A DNA stretch of 64,000 bases from a virus, in the IMG/VR virus record IMGVR_UViG_3300044535_000472, positions 1-64,000 of that record; one strand, 5' to 3'. Numbering within the stretch: the first letter of the stretch is position 1; every line of letters starts with the position of its first letter. Of the stretch, positions 56,301-64,000 are shown one piece after another. The translations under genes and the position numbers were made by a program. The notes under the pieces were generated by a model. That model was not told the origin of the DNA. It did no database searches and saw only the letters and a program-made list of their open reading frames with translations.

Positions 56301-59300
56301 AGTAATCCGTTTGATCAATAGTTAATCCTACTAATGCTACAGCTTGCTTTAATACATTATCATCAGAACTTTTTATCTTAAATGTATTCTTAATAAACTT
56401 TTTAATAGAGTTTACTACTTGAGTAAATGTACTTTCTTTTGGAGTTCTAGTAGATTTAACCTGAATAAGTAACGCCTGAAACTGTGGGTTAGTCATTACC
56501 TCATTAATAAAACTAACAGGTGACGCCATACCCATTGGTATCTTACCTCCAAAGTCATCAAGTAAAGATGGATTAGTTTGAACTGTTGCTTTTACAGCAT
56601 CCATCATTTCTTCTACCTCAGCTGCAAATTCTTCATCTTGTAAAAAGTCTGTAGTTAAAGACATCATCATACCTTTTAATACAAGGTATTCTGCTCTATA
56701 CTCATTGTCTTTATAATTAGAAGACGCATATCTAAAATCAATAATGAGCCCGTTTTTAGGATCATGTGAAATAGGTACGCTATGATTAGGTCTAATGGTA
56801 ACTTTCATGTCACCCTTGTTTAGACTTAAAATCTTTTGCGCTAATTTCTTTTCAGCTGACGTTGCAAACTTGCTATTAATAATAAAATTACAAAGATCAT
56901 CCATAGATACTTGAGATGCTTTAGACATATCAATACCTAACTCGTTAGCATAATCTTGTACATTGCGGGTATCTTGACCATTTTTTTTCTTATGTGCAAA
57001 ACTAAAATACTCTTCTAGTAAACCAAGTTCTGCAGCCGCTTCACGAATAGGTCTTTCTTTAACAACCTTATTGTATACCTTTTCATAGTTATCAAACATT
57101 TCTTCAATAGCTGGTATACGAAGATCATTTCCTTTTATAGGCTCTAATGTCTTTGCATCAATTAGTGTTGGATACCTATCATTTTTTTCAAATGCTTCAA
57201 TATCCTCTACACTTACAAATACACCTTGTTGTTCAAATAAAGCTTTTAAGAATGCGTTTTGGATCATACCCTTCATGAACTTCTTTTTCTGTTCTCTAAG
57301 GATATCCTTACGCTTTTCATATACACGCTTTAATGAGTAGCCAATATTATTTTTAAACTCATTAAAACCAATAGGATCGGTTAACATATTAACCCACTTA
57401 GCCATATTTCTATTATCTGTACCTAATGAATGCCAATCATTATACATGGTAAACATATCATTAAGCTCTTCTGCTAAGAAAGGTCTAACGTTACTTGTAG
57501 TAGTCATGTCATTAAAGTACTTATCAAAAGCGCTCTTTAATACATTCTTATATTCGTCTAATGCATCTTGAGATGTTAAATCATCTAATGTAAACTCTGT
57601 TTCATCTTCTAGATTTTTCTTATCTAGGTTTTCAATAAAAGCTTTTCTTGCATCTTCAAGTTCTCTTTTTTCTTCTGCAGTAAGTGTGCTTTTTCCAGCA
57701 AGACTTAAAAGAGTTGAATAAATAGAAGATGCATTGGCAAGATTCTCAAGGTTATCAGCTTCACGTGTTAAACGTTTTGCAATTTTAGTTTCACCATTCT
57801 CTTCATTTATTTTAGCCTGAGCTCTTAATGATTTAACATCATCTTGCATTTGTGATACAGAGAATATCTTAGATGCACGCATTCCAGGCATTCTAGAAAA
57901 ACTAGGAATTGCAGCAAACTTTTCTTGTATGCCTTGAATTCTATCTAAAGTTTCTTCAAATGTTTTACTAGAATATACAGCAAAGAATGTAGCCTCCTCA
58001 TGCGCATTATAATTATTTACTTCTGCAGCATAAGCCTCAGGGTTAGTAAACTTATTAATCTTGCTTGGATCATACTTGTTAGGCATTTTTTCACGGAAGC
58101 TTTCAAAACGCTGACCTAAATCTTGTACGTTTCTAATAGCTTTTTCTAATCTTGAAAAATATTTTGCTTGATCAGCTTCTACATAATTTTCACCTAAAGC
58201 ATTTGCTAGCTCTTCAGCATTAAGTTGTCTTAAGTCTTTTAGGTTATCTATAAGAACATCTAAGCGTCCGGCTTGAGCAAGTGTATGCACATAGCTTATT
58301 GTAGCATCATTTCTAATATCACGTTGATCTTTTTCATCACCTAAAGCTTCAGCTACATGTCCAACTCTTGCATAGTTAATTTGTTCTCCACCCGCTTTAT
58401 CAAATAACTTATAGAATTCTCCAGGATCATCTGCAGATTTTTGAGCAGCTGTTAAAACTCTATTAGCTTGATCATTTAAATCAGCTGCGTATTTCTCATA
58501 GTTTTCTTTACCCATCCAAGTCTTTTTGCCAAGCTCAACCATTGGATTAGCAACTGATTTTACCATAGAGGTTCCAGTGTATATTGCTCCACCGCTTAAT
58601 AAACCTTGTGCAAAAACTTCTAGACCTTCTTTACTATATTGACTATTAGCACCAACAAGTATAGATTCTCCCAATACTCCTTTGTGAAATTTAAGCGGAT
58701 CTTGAAACTTGGTAGTGTAGTAGTGGTCAACACCTTTAATAGCAGCCTCTTGGAATAATTCCTGAATACCTTCTGGTACATTTTTACCTAAGTAATCAAG
58801 TAGTCTACCAGGAGTTTGCATCATCGCATGTTTTAAATATGCTTTCTTACCCCACCTTTTAATATTATTTTCAATAAGCTCGTAACTAGCTTTACCAGCT
58901 GCACCAGCTATAGTAGATTTTACTAAATGCTTGTTATAATTTTTTACAAATTGATCTGCTAAACTTCTTTTTACTGCACCATGTCCAATTATTTTTTCAA
59001 AACCAAAAGCGTTGGTCATGTATATAATAGGAAGATTTATAAGCGTAACAGCTTTACCGTTTTGCTCAGCAATAGTTAAAATTTTTGAAGCATCTTCACC
59101 AGTTGGTCCAGTAGAAAGTTTTTGCTTAGCATCTATTAACTCATTGTGCAATTGCTCATAACGAGTTTTATCTGTAATCTCATTATTTTCATTAATAAGA
59201 GATTGCATTTCTTTATTAATACTAGCAATTTTCTTTTGTTGAACTGCACCATATTCTTGTCTACCTGATTCAATTTTTTCTAGTATAGCACCACCACCTT

Positions 59301-60294
59301 CAGTTTGAGCTTCATTAATACCAAATCTTATACGCTGAAGATCTGCATAGCCTCCACCAACACTTCTCATTATTGCAGCAACCCCATTTAATTCACGAGC
59401 TTCATCAAGACCTCTTATTGTATTTTTTAAAGGATTAATTTCTTTTGCAAAACCAACACCCATGCCTTTTATACCACCTAAACCTTTTTGACCTTCCCAG
59501 ATCATTCTTAATTTAGCCACATTATCTGCTTTGCTAAAAGCGGATAATCCAGTTTTTATAGCCTTACCTCTTTCAATAAGAGAAGGTATACGAAGTATAT
59601 TTCTAGCAGCTGCGGCGTCTAATGGTTTTGTTGCTGCAGTAAGTCCCAATCTTGAAGCAGTAAACTTAGTAGCAGCTATAGCACTTTCTTCTATTAACAC
59701 ACCTGCTGCTATACCTAATGTAGGAGCTAGGTTTGCAAAAAAGTTTACAGAGCTACCAGCAAATCCTGGCTTACTTGACATCATAATAGACATACCATCT
59801 TGGTATGCCTTAGCACCTTCTATATCAGGAGTAGCATCAAATAAATCACTAGGCTTTGTATATGGCTTTAAATAATCTTTAGTAAAACCCCACATGGTAC
59901 TAGGAAGGTATTTAGCCATCCTAATAAAATCACCGCCCACTCTACCATGCTCATTATAATATTGCTCAGTATCAAAGTTTGCAGGATTAATACCAAGTAC
60001 ATCTACATCAGGATGTGCATAATATCTTTTTAAATTAAGACCTTCACTACCAGCACCAAATTGAGTAGGTTGTGAAAAACGCAAAGGATCAACTTTAACA
60101 CTAGCAATCTCGGAAATTTTATTGTTCCAATCATTAATTGTTGGTGCTCCCGTATTTGTAACTTTTATTGGCGTTGAGGTTTTTGGTTTAAATTCTGGCG
60201 CAGGTTTAACAGCTGGCTGTTGCGCCTTTGCTGTCATATTATCCCAAAATTCAAAAACAGAAGGTGTGCCTTGCGGAGTTTGTTCGTTTGCCAT
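53398..60294 (-). CDS. giant virion/ejection protein (2298 aa) with a PD-(D/E)XK nuclease domain
   Basis: GEIDF...IIDLKTS...QQLAYRELI; TAATG-coupled to the RNAP gene. Confidence 0.8.
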   Translation of the reverse strand: MANEQTPQGTPSVFEFWDNMTAKAQQPAVKPAPEFKPKTSTPIKVTNTGAPTINDWNNKISEIASVKVDPLRFSQPTQFGAGSEGLNLKRYYAHPDVDVLGINPANFDTEQYYNEHGRVGGDFIRMAKYLPSTMWGFTKDYLKPYTKPSDLFDATPDIEGAKAYQDGMSIMMSSKPGFAGSSVNFFANLAPTLGIAAGVLIEESAIAATKFTASRLGLTAATKPLDAAAARNILRIPSLIERGKAIKTGLSAFSKADNVAKLRMIWEGQKGLGGIKGMGVGFAKEINPLKNTIRGLDEARELNGVAAIMRSVGGGYADLQRIRFGINEAQTEGGGAILEKIESGRQEYGAVQQKKIASINKEMQSLINENNEITDKTRYEQLHNELIDAKQKLSTGPTGEDASKILTIAEQNGKAVTLINLPIIYMTNAFGFEKIIGHGAVKRSLADQFVKNYNKHLVKSTIAGAAGKASYELIENNIKRWGKKAYLKHAMMQTPGRLLDYLGKNVPEGIQELFQEAAIKGVDHYYTTKFQDPLKFHKGVLGESILVGANSQYSKEGLEVFAQGLLSGGAIYTGTSMVKSVANPMVELGKKTWMGKENYEKYAADLNDQANRVLTAAQKSADDPGEFYKLFDKAGGEQINYARVGHVAEALGDEKDQRDIRNDATISYVHTLAQAGRLDVLIDNLKDLRQLNAEELANALGENYVEADQAKYFSRLEKAIRNVQDLGQRFESFREKMPNKYDPSKINKFTNPEAYAAEVNNYNAHEEATFFAVYSSKTFEETLDRIQGIQEKFAAIPSFSRMPGMRASKIFSVSQMQDDVKSLRAQAKINEENGETKIAKRLTREADNLENLANASSIYSTLLSLAGKSTLTAEEKRELEDARKAFIENLDKKNLEDETEFTLDDLTSQDALDEYKNVLKSAFDKYFNDMTTTSNVRPFLAEELNDMFTMYNDWHSLGTDNRNMAKWVNMLTDPIGFNEFKNNIGYSLKRVYEKRKDILREQKKKFMKGMIQNAFLKALFEQQGVFVSVEDIEAFEKNDRYPTLIDAKTLEPIKGNDLRIPAIEEMFDNYEKVYNKVVKERPIREAAAELGLLEEYFSFAHKKKNGQDTRNVQDYANELGIDMSKASQVSMDDLCNFIINSKFATSAEKKLAQKILSLNKGDMKVTIRPNHSVPISHDPKNGLIIDFRYASSNYKDNEYRAEYLVLKGMMMSLTTDFLQDEEFAAEVEEMMDAVKATVQTNPSLLDDFGGKIPMGMASPVSFINEVMTNPQFQALLIQVKSTRTPKESTFTQVVNSIKKFIKNTFKIKSSDDNVLKQAVALVGLTIDQTDYLQKPGERRKSPAMESVEEPKDEVLEEVAIEEEETTTAEETPVIEKSDKLTPEENDRRVKLLQAIIYATSRALKLGVQPLTVTVDGEVIGFEEANAEADALGAKAKGTKPATETPEDAIKNRKRKDLFPDETEFADVVGGSGKNSKISGYREVNGIGLAEYTNPDNGLVDVIMTGTSDNDYVGYIRIYERSIKDGKVVTTPTNRWTSKMENKSGNKDNFKTMLAEVQKSLPAEHEYTEKTNISLDGLRVYANNLKRGYELLRDASGNIITSNVSLNAATLDALRSAKTEDEISDLYEQKTGLTREEFNKIKEQVTKLLPEAELRFNAANGSVMISLPVLVKTASTKTSTATTEEVPEVTPLEGFSTTAEDVDNIDINTPVEKLPKDLSDLLYDAYKKVAAVAKIKESKIGFKNFIQTNPKAVTIIENWKKSKTEAPVEEKPEEPKPLDIQQIRDDLFARGWLPEHINGLTEDEVVALHAQGQTLQQAIADLQFAAKFAEADKKVQALIKKLSDSFKASGVTKVEGGYEKDGNKVARVSDIVRDILAKKFTNTTAANRGNVLDPIFRDFFDGKLTTPEQVKQKLEELSGKVDSESGEKMMQYSATFPSALYNTMVEVKQYLKDKGFKVVGSIPTLFGDIAGPRAGEIDFLMYNENGDLGIIDLKTSTRNLVDSYNDPADEYQYERGHTIQQLAYRELIRQATGEDITDIYILPIQLSTNAGGVVKGLTSLNTGTAENPSILLKLNTSRDIFEVTGYGRPAGSEVTRTQEEEDALAEAEKTKQQKRIDGLKTKLSKLRGEQIAAISSGNLVKINDLNEKIKKIVDELKLYGIAIEEIVKEPEVLETEETAKVKPEVGMIIKLEDGRVVKVKKVSKKQVTVVPLNDEDAIGEILDESVVEDIDKMVVSSTKKKKAPAPKPETDEVMNESKSNAETLANDKDAQAKLASDAEKMTKAQAQNNFLNNLKNRCE

Positions 60295-60296
60295 AA

Positions 60297-63200
60297 TTAC
60301 TGTATCAATGCTTGTGGGTCTCTAATTAAATCTGGGTTACTACGCTTCCTATCAATACCCAATTGAGTTATATAACCAAAATTATCTAATCCCTGTTGTC
60401 TTAATTGTTCAGCAAAATAATATCCTGGTATTGTACCTTTACTTGCATATTGTGTTTCAATTTGCTGTGGAGCTACTAATCCTTTAAGATCATCTGCTGT
60501 TAATATTTGACCATTAAGCACATAGTTATCATACTTATCTTGTGTGATATTAAATATACCAGATCCAGGAATATTAACCGTAGCTTTTCCCATAGCCCAA
60601 AGAGCTAAGTCTACCCAGTCTGATTTTACAGTGCGTTTATACAATGTATTAACAGCTTGAGATTTAGGTATTAATGCTGTAAATACTAAGTCTTTATTAT
60701 TATTTTGAAACCCTAATGATTTAGCTTTTTCACCATTAAGTGTAATCTGATATGCTGTCATGTTAGATGAACCAGCAACTGGATACACTCGTATTTGACC
60801 TGCAGCTAAATCAAGCTTGTTAAAGTTTCCTACATTAGCTTGACCTTTAATATCATTTTCTAAGTTGGATAATAAGCCTAATAATTTATCTGCATTTTTA
60901 GAATGATTATCTTCTAAATCAGCCCAGTCCCAATCATTAATATTTTCGTCGCTTACATCAAGTTTATCAAGAAGTTTTACATAAGGCATGTCAACCAAAA
61001 ATGATTTTTGATAATACTTACCATCTTCTTTTCTACTTGCTATACTACCTTTAAGGTTATTGATAAGACCAATTAAATCTTGGTTACCTGTACCAGATGC
61101 TAAGTCTACACCTTCATTAAAGTTAATAAAGTATGGTTGTGCAGTGATACCACCTTGACCCTTATAGCTATCAGCTAAGATATTTCTAGGACTATATGTT
61201 TGCAAATCTGTATTTTTATCTGCAGCTGCAATTCCATATTCTCTTTTAAATGTATCATAGCCTACTATAGGAATTTCTGGAAACTCTAAATATGCAGGAG
61301 CTTGACCTCTTTGTTGTTGAACCGCTGCATAATCTTGATATACCTGCCATTCAGTAGTTCTACCTTCTGAAGTCCAAGTTTCCATTATTGCTTCTTTTAA
61401 AAGCTCTTTACCATTAACACCCTTTTCATTTAATCTATTAACAATACTTGCAACCTCGGAAGGATTTCCTTCAAATGCTAAATTATCAAACCATGCATTT
61501 GGATCATAGTTTAATGCCTTATTTCCTTTTTCTGCAAGTCGTTGAGCAATTTTTGGATTTAATTTATTTTGCTCAAGAACAGCACTACGAACTTCTCCTC
61601 CAAAAGTAGGGGTATATGCACCACCAATACCGGATAATTGTGATGCCCAAGTACCAGCCATATCTGCTTTACCCTCTAAAGAATTTGTTGTTACAATTGC
61701 AGCATCCGCCATAACATCTGCAGCAGCCCATATCTTAGGATTGTTGTAAATTTGATCTTTAAACTCCTGCTGTGTTTTAACTGCTTTTAACGGTGCTCCA
61801 TTAGCTGGACTATTCTCAGCATTAACAGTACCCATTTGTTTAAAGATGTACTTATCCATAAAGTCTCTTAGCTCGGTACCACTACCATAAGCTAACATAC
61901 CAGGATTAGTTTCCATCTTAGCACCTACTTTTGCAATGTTATATTGGTCTACAATTATCATTGCCTTTTCAGTTTGAGACTGAATATTAGCTAATGAAAC
62001 TTTGTCCATTATAGTCGTCTTATCAACATCATCTTTAAACAAAGGATCTTTACTATATTCTGCTACTGCTCTATCAAAGCTATCTGATGTAGTAATTCCT
62101 AATTTCATATATGGGAAGATGTCGCTATTTTTAATTTGACCATCATCACCAATAAGCCCTAATCTATCTGGGCCAGGAAACATTTTCTTTATAGATGCTA
62201 ATGCACTTTTCTTTTCACTAGGTGTACCATATGCAACCTTGTCTTGATATTTTCTTAGTAATAAATCTACAGTTGTTCCTTTTACATCATCAAGAATTTG
62301 ATTCTTGGCATCTAAGCCAGCAGTTATAGCATTTTTAGTTTGAATGTTTTGAGCTGTTAAAGCAAGTCCAGTATCCCATAAATTTTCTAAAAATGATTTC
62401 TCTCCAGGTAGTTGAATATTTTTATATTCTTGAGTCATTTCAGGACTAACTTCACCAACAAGATTTTCACGAGAGTCATCTTCAGATACTAACGGATTAG
62501 GCATTAATGTAGCTAATACTGAAAATTTATTTAAATCAGTTCCTACAATAGTTTTTCTAGCTTCAGTACGAGTTTGATCCGCTAAATAAGTTGGAATACT
62601 ATCCGTACCTAATGCAAACTTTGAATAATCTTTAGCAGCATTTACTATAGCTTCTACAGATGCACTATCCGCATTAGCTTCCAAAAGGGCATCAAATTCT
62701 GCCTTTCTTGGATTGTTTTCAGTGAACATGTAACCAAATGGATTTTGGTATTTATTAAATACATATTCATTAAAGTCTTTTACATCAGCTTCAGTTTTTA
62801 TTACATCTGCTGGATTAGGAGCTTCAATAGGTGCATATTTTTCACTAAAAGCTGTATCTTGAAATGCTGTACGTGCGGTATCGCTAGGAGTCGCACTTGC
62901 AGTTTGTGCTGTAGCTGTACCTGCAGTATCACTTGGTGGAACATAATTACTAGCTAATAACGTATCTGCTACAGTAGATGTAGTATCTGGTGCAACAACT
63001 GCTGTTGCTGTAGAATCTACTTGTGGAATATTTGTTGTAGAAGCTTGACCTGTACTATCTACAGATGATGGTGTAACTGTAGCTGTAGCTGTACTATCTT
63101 GGGGTGTAGTTGTAGTTTGTTGCTGTGTAGTTTGCTGAGAAGATTCTCCTCCACCAGTACTTACACCAGCTTTTTCAGCAGCTTCTTTTTGAGCACCATC

Positions 63201-64000
63201 ACCATCTAAAAATGATAATTGGCTTTTATCAGTAACACCTAGGGTAGCAAGTTTATCTGTACCCATACTATTCCACACAACCTCACTACCATGTCCTCTT
63301 AATTGGTGAATATAAAACTCAAGTTCATTTTCCTTTTTTTCTTTTTCTGATTTACGAGCATTATCATTAGTTGTAGTTCCCGCATCAAGAATACTTTGCA
63401 AACCAAATGGATCTGCACCTGCATCCTCTAATAATAATTTCTTAAGACTATCATCTAAGAAACCTGCTGATTTTCCAGATCTGCCACCTAATCTACTATC
63501 CCAAAGTTTTTTCTCAAGGTCGTTAGCATAATCATAAGCCGCCTTCTTCCATTGGTTTTCTAGCTCCATTGACTTAAGAGAAACCTGATGTGAAAAGTTC
63601 AAGTTTTCTAAATATATAGGATCAGCTTTTACATCTTGCTTTTGTGTAAGTTGTGCATATGATGAAGCTGCAGTAGCTAAGTCATTACTTAATAAACCTC
63701 TAGCCAAAATAGCATCAGCTCTAGCAGCTAATGCACTTTGTGATAATCCCTCAGTTGCTGTAGGAGATGTAATATCTAAAGATTGTGTATAGTAGTCATC
63801 AGTTTGCTCAGCAACTTGACCATCATCATTTAGTCGACGATAGTACTCAATAAGATCTTTATCAAGTTCTGGGTCAACACCCTTTTCCTTAATATAGTTT
63901 TCTGCTACTTCTTTTTTAGCATTAATAGTTTCTTTATTACTCTGAGCTATCTTTTTATTTTCAAGATTGGCTTTATTTTCAGACTCGATAACTTGGCGTA
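60297..64000 (-). CDS. giant virion/ejection protein, 5' end outside the window (more than 1230 aa)
   Basis: The frame stays open from the track TTG at 63707 to the window edge (RQVIESENKANL...ADAILARG); Thr/Ala-rich linker. Confidence 0.8.
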   Translation of the reverse strand, partial: RQVIESENKANLENKKIAQSNKETINAKKEVAENYIKEKGVDPELDKDLIEYYRRLNDDGQVAEQTDDYYTQSLDITSPTATEGLSQSALAARADAILARGLLSNDLATAASSYAQLTQKQDVKADPIYLENLNFSHQVSLKSMELENQWKKAAYDYANDLEKKLWDSRLGGRSGKSAGFLDDSLKKLLLEDAGADPFGLQSILDAGTTTNDNARKSEKEKKENELEFYIHQLRGHGSEVVWNSMGTDKLATLGVTDKSQLSFLDGDGAQKEAAEKAGVSTGGGESSQQTTQQQTTTTPQDSTATATVTPSSVDSTGQASTTNIPQVDSTATAVVAPDTTSTVADTLLASNYVPPSDTAGTATAQTASATPSDTARTAFQDTAFSEKYAPIEAPNPADVIKTEADVKDFNEYVFNKYQNPFGYMFTENNPRKAEFDALLEANADSASVEAIVNAAKDYSKFALGTDSIPTYLADQTRTEARKTIVGTDLNKFSVLATLMPNPLVSEDDSRENLVGEVSPEMTQEYKNIQLPGEKSFLENLWDTGLALTAQNIQTKNAITAGLDAKNQILDDVKGTTVDLLLRKYQDKVAYGTPSEKKSALASIKKMFPGPDRLGLIGDDGQIKNSDIFPYMKLGITTSDSFDRAVAEYSKDPLFKDDVDKTTIMDKVSLANIQSQTEKAMIIVDQYNIAKVGAKMETNPGMLAYGSGTELRDFMDKYIFKQMGTVNAENSPANGAPLKAVKTQQEFKDQIYNNPKIWAAADVMADAAIVTTNSLEGKADMAGTWASQLSGIGGAYTPTFGGEVRSAVLEQNKLNPKIAQRLAEKGNKALNYDPNAWFDNLAFEGNPSEVASIVNRLNEKGVNGKELLKEAIMETWTSEGRTTEWQVYQDYAAVQQQRGQAPAYLEFPEIPIVGYDTFKREYGIAAADKNTDLQTYSPRNILADSYKGQGGITAQPYFINFNEGVDLASGTGNQDLIGLINNLKGSIASRKEDGKYYQKSFLVDMPYVKLLDKLDVSDENINDWDWADLEDNHSKNADKLLGLLSNLENDIKGQANVGNFNKLDLAAGQIRVYPVAGSSNMTAYQITLNGEKAKSLGFQNNNKDLVFTALIPKSQAVNTLYKRTVKSDWVDLALWAMGKATVNIPGSGIFNITQDKYDNYVLNGQILTADDLKGLVAPQQIETQYASKGTIPGYYFAEQLRQQGLDNFGYITQLGIDRKRSNPDLIRDPQALIQ

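Noticed and set aside
40119-62957. + strand track ORFs opposite the giant genes (e.g. 44199-44585, 55172-55627)
   Set aside because: Ser/Leu/Phe-rich shadows of the - strand coding frames.
1-64000. Stop-codon reassignment (TAG=Gln or TGA=Trp), known in some crAss-like phages
   Set aside because: ORFs up to 3322 aa are intact in the standard code, and TAG/TGA stops abut or overlap the next starts.
63707-64000. TTG at 63707 as the start of the 1136-aa ORF
   Set aside because: The frame is open to the window edge, so the gene starts outside the window.
1-64000. Diversity-generating retroelement, retron or integrase
   Set aside because: No reverse transcriptase YxDD-type ORF, template/variable repeat pair or recombinase was seen.

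Overview
The window is a fragment of an AT-rich tailed dsDNA phage genome of a Bacteroidota host, most likely crAss-like (Crassvirales-related). The main evidence is a 3322-aa protein with the virion RNA polymerase motif DFDID, flanked by three other giant virion/ejection-type genes. It has two convergent blocks. The + strand (1-32686) carries early, host-takeover and replication genes: a DUF2828/Ro60-like VWA protein preceded by about 660 nt of structured ncRNA, PcfJ-like, HNH, SF2 helicase, ClpS, cyclic-phosphate receiver, GroES, spore photoproduct lyase, UDG, DnaB, AAA, primase, GIY-YIG, a peptidase-VWA/MoxR module, Endo VII, a PD-(D/E)XK nuclease, family B DNA polymerase and MazG-like genes. 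The - strand (32683-64000) carries late genes: small basic proteins, a lysis cassette and the four giant genes, the last of which runs off the window edge. The standard genetic code fits, and I found no tRNA, CRISPR array, reverse transcriptase or integrase. The strongest candidates for undescribed biology are: (1) three tandem Y-RNA-like stem-loops plus a pseudoknotted RNA directly upstream of the Ro60-like gene; (2) a MoxR/peptidase-VWA module flanked by three proteins sharing one helical motif, two of them with BRCT-like domains; (3) effector-like domains (nucleotidyltransferase, ART-like, nuclease) inside the giant virion proteins; (4) a dense cluster of Bacteroidota O-glycosylation sequons in one giant protein; (5) an sRNA candidate whose loop is antisense to AUG-AAA-AA starts. 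All family assignments come from motif recognition by eye, not from database searches.
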